IMG/VR virus record: IMGVR_UViG_3300009788_000010
Reading direction: 5' to 3' (one strand)
DNA length: 64,000 bases
From: an uncultured virus (IMG/VR IMGVR_UViG_3300009788_000010)
Lineage: Duplodnaviria > Heunggongvirae > Uroviricota > Caudoviricetes
The notes beneath the pieces were generated by a model. It made no database searches and was not told the origin of the DNA. It saw only the letters and a list, made by a program, of their open reading frames with translations. The translations under genes were made by a program, and so were the position numbers. Positions 56,554 through 64,000 of the stretch are shown one piece after another; position 1 is the stretch's first letter; each line of letters begins with the position of its first letter.

Positions 56554-56966
56554 GACAGCGCCTTCTTCCGCCCGACATGGGCCTCGTCCACGAATCCGTC
56601 CGTCATCCACGCCTCGACCGCCCGCTCCATCGCCTCCTCGAGCGTGTCGCCCGTCGCCTGGATGTAGACGCGGCCGCAGTCGGCGCGGTCGTGCTTCTCC
56701 TTGTCCTGCGGCAGGTAGTTGGAGATCCGCACGAGCCACGGCGGCCGCAGCTTCACGCGGTACGTGATCTGCGCCGTGCGCCCGATGTCGGTCAGCCATT
56801 CCTCCAACTCCGCCACGGTCTCTGCGAACCGGCCGCTGCGCGGCCTCGGCTTTGACAGGTCGCGGATTTTCTGCACGAGCCATTCGAACTCGGCCGTCGT
56901 CAGCGCGCCCTCGACCTCCCACCAGCTCTCTATCTCCAGGAGCCTCTTGTCCGTCGCCCTACTCAT
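56550..56966 (-). CDS. hypothetical protein
   Basis: Coupled ORF. Confidence 0.55.
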   Translation of the reverse strand: MSRATDKRLLEIESWWEVEGALTTAEFEWLVQKIRDLSKPRPRSGRFAETVAELEEWLTDIGRTAQITYRVKLRPPWLVRISNYLPQDKEKHDRADCGRVYIQATGDTLEEAMERAVEAWMTDGFVDEAHVGRKKALS

Positions 56967-57171
56967 CGTCCACCCCCTCGCACTCGTCGAGCAGCGACCA
57001 CCACTGGTCGCATCGTATGGTCACGTCGCCGTGGAATCCCTTGCCGTCCCACAGGCCGCGCGTTTGAAGGCCCACCATCCAGCCGGCCTGCGAGCCCGAA
57101 TAGTCCTGCGGCGGTATCGCGGGCGTCGGCTCCGGGCAGCCCTTCCCCTCGCACTCGTGAGACTTCCTCAT
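56959..57171 (-). CDS. hypothetical protein
   Basis: Coupled ORF. Confidence 0.45.
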   Translation of the reverse strand: MRKSHECEGKGCPEPTPAIPPQDYSGSQAGWMVGLQTRGLWDGKGFHGDVTIRCDQWWSLLDECEGVDDE

Positions 57172-57395
57172 GCGTGCACCTTCAGCGCGTCGACGCCTTC
57201 GAGGATCTCCTTCGCGTCGCCGCCGCGGCGGACCAGGCCGCGGAACGCGGAGCGGCCCGCCCGCGTCGTCAGGCCGTCGCGTTGAAGGATCTCGAGGAGC
57301 GCCGGCTGCGCCGCGTCCTCGCGCTTGGACCGCCGACGCGCCCGCGCCGCGGCCTTGCTCCTCAGCTTGTTCCTACGGCTTTCCAAGTTCTTCAT
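57168..57395 (-). CDS. hypothetical basic protein
   Basis: RBS GGAGGT. Confidence 0.5.
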   Translation of the reverse strand: MKNLESRRNKLRSKAAARARRRSKREDAAQPALLEILQRDGLTTRAGRSAFRGLVRRGGDAKEILEGVDALKVHA

Positions 57396-57657
57396 CGCTT
57401 ACCTCCATTGGCGCTTTCGACGCCGGTTTCCTGTCGAAGAATTGCGTGCCGTCCTTCTTGCGGTGGCCGAGCGTCCGCTCCGCCCATCTGATGTCCGTGC
57501 CCTTGACCGCGAGCCGGTGGCGGCGCGTCCGCTCGTGCTTGTGGATCGCCGCCGGGTCGCGCGCGGGGATCACGGCTTCGCACACCGTACAGTTGAGGGG
57601 GCGGTCGAGTCGGCTCGCGCCCCTCTTGCTCTTGCGGTGCTTCGTCCTTGAGGACAT
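57373..57657 (-). CDS. C2H2-like Zn-finger protein
   Basis: CTVC..H.....H. RBS AGGAG. Confidence 0.55.
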   Translation of the reverse strand: MSSRTKHRKSKRGASRLDRPLNCTVCEAVIPARDPAAIHKHERTRRHRLAVKGTDIRWAERTLGHRKKDGTQFFDRKPASKAPMEVSDEELGKP

Positions 57658-57798
57658 TTTGAAATCTCCTCGAAAAAAAAAATTTTACCCGCCCGCCGCG
57701 TCTCGCAAGGTGTCGTTTGGGAGTTCGCGGCGGGCGGGCGCGGAGTCTCGCGTCATGCCTGATCGGCGTCGTGCGGCCCCGCTTTAACTTCGATTTTT

Positions 57799-57972
57799 CT
57801 ACCTTCGCGAGCCAGTGCCGCCGCAGACACGGCAGCGCCGCTGCGCTCGCAGGGCGTTGTCGTACGCCCTCTTGAGTTCGGTCAAGCGCGGATTGTTCGA
57901 ATCCACGACGTCCAGCGACGACAGCGCCTCCAGGCAGCGGTTCTCGCACTCGCACGCGACGGGCTTAATCAC
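57799..57972 (-). CDS. small Cys-rich protein (not in the ORF track)
   Basis: GGAGG then GTG. VIKPVACECENRC..CRVCGGTG, 57 aa. Confidence 0.45.
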   Translation of the reverse strand: MIKPVACECENRCLEALSSLDVVDSNNPRLTELKRAYDNALRAQRRCRVCGGTGSRR

Positions 57973-58210
57973 TTGCCTCCTCCTTCTTGACGGTTCTCGG
58001 CATCGAGGCGTTGAGGTCCGCGACGGTCATCGGCTTGCGGGCCCTCTTGACCATCAAGCGATACCTCCAATGGTCGTTCTGCTGCTTCGGCGTCGGCACG
58101 TTCGACTCTTGCTGCCAGTTGGCCGGGTTGTTCATCGCGAGGAATGACGAGTGGTCGCGGGAGGGCTTCATACCGCCTCGCGAATGGCCTTGGCCTTTCA
58201 TCTTCGCCAT
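57965..58210 (-). CDS. hypothetical protein
   Basis: Packed ORF. Confidence 0.5.
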   Translation of the reverse strand: MAKMKGQGHSRGGMKPSRDHSSFLAMNNPANWQQESNVPTPKQQNDHWRYRLMVKRARKPMTVADLNASMPRTVKKEEASD

Positions 58211-58212
58211 TC

Positions 58213-58632
58213 CTAATCCTCTTTCGAGTCCGGCACGTACACAGTCAGGTTGAGGATGGCGGGCGTGCCCCTGATCTTGTGGAGCCCGCCGCTGCTCGCG
58301 ATGATGTCGCTCTTGCCCTTGGTGCTCCGCCCGCGGCGTTGCGACATGTCCACCACGGCGACGAGGAACTTGCCGTTGCGCGAGTAGCGCACGTTCCGGC
58401 CCGCCTCGACCCATGCGACCGCCCGGCCGTGCGCCTCGGGGAACTCGCAGTGGCCGCACGGGCCGAGGTCGGCTCGCGATGACGCGGGCGAGGACTCCAT
58501 CGCCATCTCCGCTATCAGGTTGCGGATGGGGATGAGCGCGTCGAGAAGTTCGCCTATGTCCGGCGGCGGGAAGACCTTGCGGTCTGCGTTCATCATCTCG
58601 TTCAAGATCGCGACCGCTTCTTCCGGCGTCAT
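58213..58632 (-). CDS. hypothetical protein
   Basis: C-terminal G.S..GKS.IIASSGG..LNL.VY motif. Confidence 0.55.
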   Translation of the reverse strand: MTPEEAVAILNEMMNADRKVFPPPDIGELLDALIPIRNLIAEMAMESSPASSRADLGPCGHCEFPEAHGRAVAWVEAGRNVRYSRNGKFLVAVVDMSQRRGRSTKGKSDIIASSGGLHKIRGTPAILNLTVYVPDSKED

Positions 58633-59048
58633 TGCGTCTCCCTCTCTCCTTCGGTCGCGCGGCGTGCGTACGCCCTCGCCGAGAGCTGATCCGCCCACTT
58701 CACGCATTCGAGAAGCCGGCGGGCGTAATCGCGCTGCCACTCGTTCCCGTACTTGAGAACATACTCCAGCCCGCTCTCGATCGCCCGTATCGGGAGGAGC
58801 GCGTGCGGGTCCGCCTCCGAGGCGGCGTCGCCGTGCATCGCCATCAAGGCCGCCGTCAGCCCATTCGCCCTATAGGCGGACAGGACGCGCCAGTCGTCCG
58901 GCGTCTCCTGCCTCCGTTTCGCGGCGAGCCCCGCGGCCGTGCTCGAGGGCTCGAGGACGAACTCCTGTTGGACGCGGCCGTTGAAAAGAACGTGGACTAG
59001 CACCACGCGGTACAGGTCGCAGTTGAAGTAGCCCGCGTGATCGGTCAT
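58629..59048 (-). CDS. hypothetical protein
   Basis: RBS GGAGGAG. Overlaps with neighbours. Confidence 0.55.
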   Translation of the reverse strand: MTDHAGYFNCDLYRVVLVHVLFNGRVQQEFVLEPSSTAAGLAAKRRQETPDDWRVLSAYRANGLTAALMAMHGDAASEADPHALLPIRAIESGLEYVLKYGNEWQRDYARRLLECVKWADQLSARAYARRATEGERETQ

Positions 59049-59671
59049 GATCGGTTCTCCTCCGCCAGTCTCGCAAGCCGAGGCAACGCACTCGCGTCCA
59101 CCACGACCGCGCCGTCCTTGTCACGGCGGTTGACGTCGCGGTTCTTGCCGCGGATGGCGCGCTGGACAGCTTGGTCCAGCTTGTCCGTGTCGAGGCCGAA
59201 GTCCGCGAAGCCCCGCATGATGACCTTCAGGTACATGTCGCCCGGCGGAGCGACGCCGCCGCTGTTCATCTTGTAGAACAGCACGGGCTCGACCTTGCCG
59301 CCGCCCGTCTTGACGAGGAAGAACTCCTTGCGGTACAGCGTCGGCCAGCCCTCATACAGATCCAGCATTCGCTCGCACTGCGGCGTGATCGCGAAGAGGC
59401 CGCCCTCCACGCGGTCGCGATGGCAGACCTCGATGTCCGCGACGCCGCGAAACGCCAGCCGCCAGTTCGGCAGCACGAGCCGTCCGACCGGCTCGGCGAG
59501 CGGGCAGCGTTGGCTCATGTGGTCCTTGTGGAGGTTGGAGCCGTACGCGAAGTAGAGCGCCCGCGGCAGTCCGTCCTCGCCGCGCAGCGTGTACCGCGGC
59601 TCGATGCCGCGCTCCGCGCTCGCCTTCGCGCGCATCCTCTTGAGGTGCGCCTTCCTGTTCTTCTTGCTCAT
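59045..59671 (-). CDS. gamma-glutamylcyclotransferase (GGCT/AIG2-like)
   Basis: YFAYGSNL, M..RCP.A, L.FRGVADI and LD.YEG.P..Y. Confidence 0.9.
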   Translation of the reverse strand: MSKKNRKAHLKRMRAKASAERGIEPRYTLRGEDGLPRALYFAYGSNLHKDHMSQRCPLAEPVGRLVLPNWRLAFRGVADIEVCHRDRVEGGLFAITPQCERMLDLYEGWPTLYRKEFFLVKTGGGKVEPVLFYKMNSGGVAPPGDMYLKVIMRGFADFGLDTDKLDQAVQRAIRGKNRDVNRRDKDGAVVVDASALPRLARLAEENRS

Positions 59672-59970
59672 TACGCCTTGTCCCCTTCCGCGTCGCCGCG
59701 GTGTTCGGCCAGTTGCATCAGAATCTCGACGAGCGACGCGCCCGTCCAGCACTCTTCGTCCTCCGCCCAGAGATCGCCCGCCTCCCAGACCGCGAGCGTC
59801 TGCTCGACCGTCAGGGGCTCGCTCGCGACGAGCCAAACGATCGAGTCCACTTCGTCCTGCGGCACCGCGTGGATGTGCGTGCCCGCGGCGCTGACGGCGT
59901 TCTGCACGTCGCGCGCGTCCATGCAGCCCTTCCAGTCGCAGCTTACCATCGCGATCTTGAGTTCGCTCAT
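59671..59970 (-). CDS. hypothetical protein
   Basis: RBS AAGGAG. TAATG coupling. Confidence 0.5.
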   Translation of the reverse strand: MSELKIAMVSCDWKGCMDARDVQNAVSAAGTHIHAVPQDEVDSIVWLVASEPLTVEQTLAVWEAGDLWAEDEECWTGASLVEILMQLAEHRGDAEGDKA

Positions 59971-60051
59971 CTCATTCTCCTTGCTCAAGCGATCATCGCT
60001 TCCCGCCGCCATCCGCGCACGGCGGGAAGAGTCATCGCGCGAACGCGGCGA

Positions 60052-60327
60052 CTAGCTGATGGCGGGCGGCCCGCCGGCGATCGGCACGCGGAAGCCGTCC
60101 TCCTCCAGCTCTGCGACGGGCTCCTGCCCCTCGACGCGCACGCGGCCGACGCACGTCACGCGGTCGCCCTCGACCACGGTCAGGCCGGTGACGGGCAGCT
60201 CGCAGAGGACGCCCGTCTCCGTGTCCATCAGGACCGCGTGGCAGGAGTCGCCGACCACGCACGTGCGGATGATGACCGCCTCGCCGCCGCTCGGCGAGAC
60301 CACCTTGATTCCCTTGAGTCCGATCAT
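60052..60327 (-). CDS. hypothetical protein
   Basis: RBS GAAGGAG favours the ATG at 60327 (alternative 60342). Confidence 0.5.
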   Translation of the reverse strand: MIGLKGIKVVSPSGGEAVIIRTCVVGDSCHAVLMDTETGVLCELPVTGLTVVEGDRVTCVGRVRVEGQEPVAELEEDGFRVPIAGGPPAIS

Positions 60328-60348
60328 CTCGTTCTCCTTCATCAGGCT

Positions 60349-60434
60349 GTCTCATCAGGAGTTGGGAACCTAACCCAACTCTACCGAGGATCGCGGGCTG
60401 CGCTTCTACCACACGTCCTCGGTTTCGACTTAGG
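60349..60434 (-). ncRNA. type II hammerhead ribozyme with pseudoknot
   Basis: CCUAA-GUC-GAAA-CCGAGGA-[25 nt]-UCCUCGG-UA-GAGUUGGG-UUAGGUU-CCCAACUC-CUGAUGA-GAC. All core nucleotides and three stems are present. Confidence 0.9.
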
Positions 60435-60457
60435 GCATTGTGCCTTCAGTCCTCCTT

Positions 60458-60751
60458 TCAGTCTTCGAAGGAGACGCGGAACACGAAGGCCGTGATGCCC
60501 GTCTCCTCGTGCGTGGCGCTGTCGACGAAGGGCGCGGTCTTCTCCCACTTCAGCTCGCCCTCGGCGAACTCCAGGATCTCCGCGCTCTCGTCCTGCTCCG
60601 CCATCGCCTTCTCCATCGCAACTTGGGCGGCGTCCTTCGCCGCCTCCCGCGTGACGAACGCGCGCTCCGGCAGGATGGACGCGATCGTTCTCACGTCATC
60701 CTCCAGCGCGGCCCAGTCCGCGAGCATGTAGACGTATGTCGTCCTCTCCAT
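60458..60751 (-). CDS. hypothetical acidic protein
   Basis: RBS GAGGAGG. Confidence 0.6.
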   Translation of the reverse strand: MERTTYVYMLADWAALEDDVRTIASILPERAFVTREAAKDAAQVAMEKAMAEQDESAEILEFAEGELKWEKTAPFVDSATHEETGITAFVFRVSFED

Positions 60752-60763
60752 CTCCGTTCCTCC

Positions 60764-61843
60764 TCACATCGCCGACGCTGCCGCCGCGCGCGTGCGGGCG
60801 GAAGCGGTCTGCGTGACAAAGTGCTCCGAGCGAAGCACGAAATAGTCGCGCGTATCGGCGTCCAAGCCTGTCCATTCCAGCAAGCCTTCCAGCGTGTAGT
60901 TCGTGGGCGCCACTTCCGCGACGCACTTCTCAAAGAGCGCCATCAGCAGCTTGACCCAATTAACAACCTTCGTCTCGTTGACCGTGCCGGCGTGATGCCG
61001 GAACTCGATCGTGCCGTGCCGCATGAACGACTGCACGTTGACTTTGACGAAGCGGTTCGTGAGCCGCTGCCGCAGCCCGGAAATCGTGTCCACGCCGGCG
61101 AGCCGGCTTTCAAGGTTGGAACCCGCTCCGCGGCAGTAGGTGTTCTCGCTTCCGCGGCGGCTGCGGGGCATAAAACCGTCGATCGTCCTCTCGTACTTCG
61201 CGTACTCGACCACAATCCGCTTGAAGGCGGCGGCGCTGATGTCGCGCGCTCCGATGTGGACATGGATTCCGCAGGAGCGGTTGACTTGCGCTCCCGCGTC
61301 TTCGAGAGCGCGGAGCGCCTTCGCCAACTCCAGCATACCGGCGTCGCCGCTAAGGATGGGCGACACGACTTCGCACGAACCGCCCGCTCCGCTTACGCTT
61401 GAGTCCGTCACGACCTTCCAGTGGTTCCGCTGCCGGTGGTTGTAGCCTTCATAAATGGCTTGGACGCCGGCGGTCGAGAGAACGTCGGCGGCACGCTGCC
61501 CGCGCATCCCGACGATTTCGATCTCGACGCCGAACGTACGGCCCTGCCGTGCGCGCGCGGTCGCGGCGCGGGCCGTTGCCCGCCGCACCCTCGCCCGCGC
61601 CGGCTGCGCGATGCCGTGGCAAGTCATTGCCGCGGCTGCGCCGACGCCCATAAGCTGGATGCGCCAAACCGCACGACATTGCGTGCACGTGCGGCGGCTG
61701 CGGCCGTGCTGGTACTGAACGTAGAGCGGGTATCCGCAGGAGCAGCGAAGCCGGAATGAATTCTGAGCGTGGCCTTCGCGCGCGATCAAAGTCGCTTCGC
61801 GCTGCGTCCCATGCGGGGGAGCGGAAGCGGTTCCAGTCGGCAT
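60764..61843 (-). CDS. amidoligase (COOH-NH2 ligase, Amidoligase_2) with N-terminal Zn ribbon
   Basis: TFGVEIE, WK..TD.S, EVVSPIL, SCGIHVH and TIEFR. CSC..CTQC at the N-terminus. RBS GGAGG. Confidence 0.9.
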   Translation of the reverse strand: MPTGTASAPPHGTQREATLIAREGHAQNSFRLRCSCGYPLYVQYQHGRSRRTCTQCRAVWRIQLMGVGAAAAMTCHGIAQPARARVRRATARAATARARQGRTFGVEIEIVGMRGQRAADVLSTAGVQAIYEGYNHRQRNHWKVVTDSSVSGAGGSCEVVSPILSGDAGMLELAKALRALEDAGAQVNRSCGIHVHIGARDISAAAFKRIVVEYAKYERTIDGFMPRSRRGSENTYCRGAGSNLESRLAGVDTISGLRQRLTNRFVKVNVQSFMRHGTIEFRHHAGTVNETKVVNWVKLLMALFEKCVAEVAPTNYTLEGLLEWTGLDADTRDYFVLRSEHFVTQTASARTRAAAASAM

Positions 61844-61868
61844 TCTCTTTCCTCCCAAACGACAATGG

Positions 61869-62229
61869 AAGCATACCCCACTTATCGGCGCGCCGACACC
61901 CTTAGTTGAGAAAAAAATGCGCGCTGGGAGAAAAAAGTTGGGGCCCCAGAACGCGCTGTGCGGCCTTTTCTCCGGCTCCCGGATGGCAGCGCCAAGGCCT
62001 TGAGGAGAAGTCGCGGCACAGGCCGTCCTTGGATTGGGCCACTTCCCCTTTGGATCCAAATACTTGGGGCCGGAGTTGCGAGTACGTCCAGCGCGGCGCG
62101 CTGTGGGGGCGCCTCTTGGGCCGCGCGGGCGCCCCGCTGGGGCTCCGCGCGACGCGGCTGCGCCCCCAACTTTTTTCCAAAAAAAAGGCTAAGTTTTGGG
62201 TGGCGAAAGGCCGATATTGGGGTATGCTT
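61869..62229. promoter_or_regulatory. symmetric divergent promoter region
   Basis: GCCGATA(AG/T)TGGGGTATGCTT is present on both strands facing outward. 14-bp inverted repeat GAAAAAAGTTGGGG. A/T tracts. Confidence 0.65.
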
Positions 62230-62253
62230 AAGACATGGCAAGGGAGAAAAAAG

Positions 62254-62337
62254 ATGGGACGCGCAGCGGCGATGTTGACCTTCGGCGGCGTGATGATTTG
62301 GGGGCTGTGGGCGGCGGCGTCGGGACTAGGACTGTAG
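62254..62337 (+). CDS. small hydrophobic peptide
   Basis: RBS AGGGAG. 27 aa with a single TM. Confidence 0.35.
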   Translation: MGRAAAMLTFGGVMIWGLWAAASGLGL

Positions 62338-62348
62338 TGGAGGGCGTG

Positions 62349-62786
62349 ATGTCAGCCAACATTCTCAAGAACGGAAACGCGGCGGACTGGGAAAGCAAGG
62401 TCCGCGCGGAAGCGACGAGCCGCAGCAAACCGGCCGGCGCGAAGTGCGGCCACTGCGGGTCCACGCAAGTGGACGCCGCCAAGCACCCGCCGAACGAGCC
62501 CGCGACGCGGGTGTGGTGCGCGATCTGCGGCGAGCCGACCGACTTGGACGGCGGCGAGCGGGGCGACGAGACGGAGATCACCAGCGAAGGTCTCCGAGCC
62601 TTGATGGCGGAAGACGAAGAACGAAAACGCGATCGGCTGCGCGAACGGATTGAAACGCTGGAATGGGAGATCGCAGAATTGGAGCGCGGGCCGGAGAATG
62701 CGCGTTCCGACTTTCAGCTTCGCGACAAAGATAACCGGCTTCGCCGCTTGCGGGCGAGGCTAACGCGAGAGGGGACAGGACAATGA
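62349..62786 (+). CDS. Zn-ribbon plus coiled-coil protein
   Basis: CGHC..CAIC. RBS GGAGG. Confidence 0.6.
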   Translation: MSANILKNGNAADWESKVRAEATSRSKPAGAKCGHCGSTQVDAAKHPPNEPATRVWCAICGEPTDLDGGERGDETEITSEGLRALMAEDEERKRDRLRERIETLEWEIAELERGPENARSDFQLRDKDNRLRRLRARLTREGTGQ

Positions 62787-62914
62787 CCGAGATTCACATC
62801 GAGGAGCCGCAGCCGCGGCCGGAGCCGACGCCGGTACTGATCGTTCGCGAGCCGCTGCCGGAGGAGGACATCTACCTCTTCATGATGGAGACGGCCGAGC
62901 GCCGCCCGCGCTAG
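62783..62914 (+). CDS. small Pro/Glu-rich peptide
   Basis: ATGA overlap. 43 aa. Confidence 0.4.
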   Translation: MTEIHIEEPQPRPEPTPVLIVREPLPEEDIYLFMMETAERRPR

Positions 62915-63001
62915 TCGGCGGGATTGGGAGTTCGCGCCGTCGGGGGCGACGCGAACCGCTAATCCCGCGGGCGGACGCCCGCACTTGAGGAGGATGAGAC
63001 A

Positions 63002-63412
63002 ATGGCACGAATCGACCGCGCACTTCTGAAGGCGATGCGGCCCGAGCTGGACCGCGCCGTCGCGGAGATCGCCGAGCGCCACGGCGTGAAGATCAAGGTC
63101 GCGAAGGGCGTCTACGGCGACACGACCGGCAAGTTCACGCTCGAGATCGCGGCCGTCGACAAGGACGGCACGGTGCACACGCGCGAGGCTTTCAACTTCG
63201 AGAACATGTGCTACCGCTTCGGGCTCGCCCGCTCCGATCTCGGACGCGAGTTCAAGAGCGCCGGCGTCACGTTCGTCGTCAAGGGGCTGAAAGGGCAGGG
63301 CCGTGCGCGCAAGCCGATCCTCTGCGAGCGGAAGCGGGACGGGAAGATGTTCGTGTTCGGCGCGGACGCGATCCGCTACGCGTTCGCCGCGGACGCGCGG
63401 GCGCCGCGATGA
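63002..63412 (+). CDS. hypothetical phage protein
   Basis: RBS GAGGAGG. GL...DLG..F...G..F..K.PI motif. Confidence 0.7.
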   Translation: MARIDRALLKAMRPELDRAVAEIAERHGVKIKVAKGVYGDTTGKFTLEIAAVDKDGTVHTREAFNFENMCYRFGLARSDLGREFKSAGVTFVVKGLKGQGRARKPILCERKRDGKMFVFGADAIRYAFAADARAPR

Positions 63413-63789
63413 GGGCCTACACGTGCGTGTCCAACCTCCAATGGGTGCACGACGTCGCGGGCAGCCGCCCCGGCGTGAGCTACGACGTCCGATTCGGCGC
63501 GCTTGAAGAAGGCGAGGCCACGCGGCAGGGCCGCAAGAGCGGTTGGACGTGCTCCTGCCCCGCGTTCCGCTACCGCAAGGGGCGCGCGGAAATGGGCCAG
63601 GATCCGGGCGAATGCAAACACATCCGCGTGCTGCGCGAACGGCGCTGTGGTTGGAACGTCGCGCTCGACCCCAGCGCCACGGCGGCGGTCGCGCGCAGCG
63701 GCGAGCCCCGCTGCCCGCGCTGCGGCGAGGTCGTCGCGCTCGTCTCCACGGACGCCGGCGGGCTCCGCGAGGTCCTGATTGGCCTTTGA
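63409..63789 (+). CDS. SWIM zinc-finger protein
   Basis: W.CSCPAF..CKHI followed by C..CPRC. Confidence 0.8.
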   Translation: MRAYTCVSNLQWVHDVAGSRPGVSYDVRFGALEEGEATRQGRKSGWTCSCPAFRYRKGRAEMGQDPGECKHIRVLRERRCGWNVALDPSATAAVARSGEPRCPRCGEVVALVSTDAGGLREVLIGL

Positions 63790-64000
63790 ATCCAACCGTT
63801 TGAGGCGAGGTTGGGCGGGGCTGGCGCGCACGCGCTAGTCTCCGCTCGCTTTGGGAAGGAGCATTGATGAGCGATAGCGAGAAGCTACTACTAACGGCAA
63901 TCGGGCTCGGCATGGTGGCGCTGTTGATCCGCATCCTGTGAGGCGGCGAAAGGCTGCCAAGGTCGTCGCGAAGGTCGTGGGCAAGGTCCGCGCGAGGAAG

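Overview
GC-rich tailed dsDNA phage sequence (siphovirus-type, probably most of a genome). Spanins, lipoproteins and PEP-CTERM-like tails point to a Gram-negative host. No integrase, rRNA, tRNA or canonical CRISPR array was seen. Layout: a + strand replication and nucleotide module (1-12.3 kb), then a long - strand block with lysis, tail, head and packaging genes (12.7-49.6 kb), a repeat-rich non-coding stretch (49.6-51.7 kb) and many small early genes (51.7-61.8 kb), then a divergent control region and small + strand genes. Top observations: (1) a stand-alone Cas7/RAMP-like gene (55351-55887) followed directly by 50 phased GGY-NN pentamers in three tracts, a candidate RNA-guided system with a non-contiguous guide code; (2) a thymidylate-synthase homologue with the Asn177->Asp dCMP-specificity switch, clustered with a DHFR-like gene, a kinase, dCMP deaminase and Vsr, suggesting cytosine-modified DNA; (3) a MuF head protein fused to a kinase-like domain and an ADP-ribosyltransferase; (4) a complete type II hammerhead ribozyme with a pseudoknot at 60349-60434; (5) two tandem PEP-CTERM-like proteins; (6) an E2-like acyltransferase plus FabG-like SDR pair in the late operon. 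All functional calls come from motif recognition by eye; no database searches were run.
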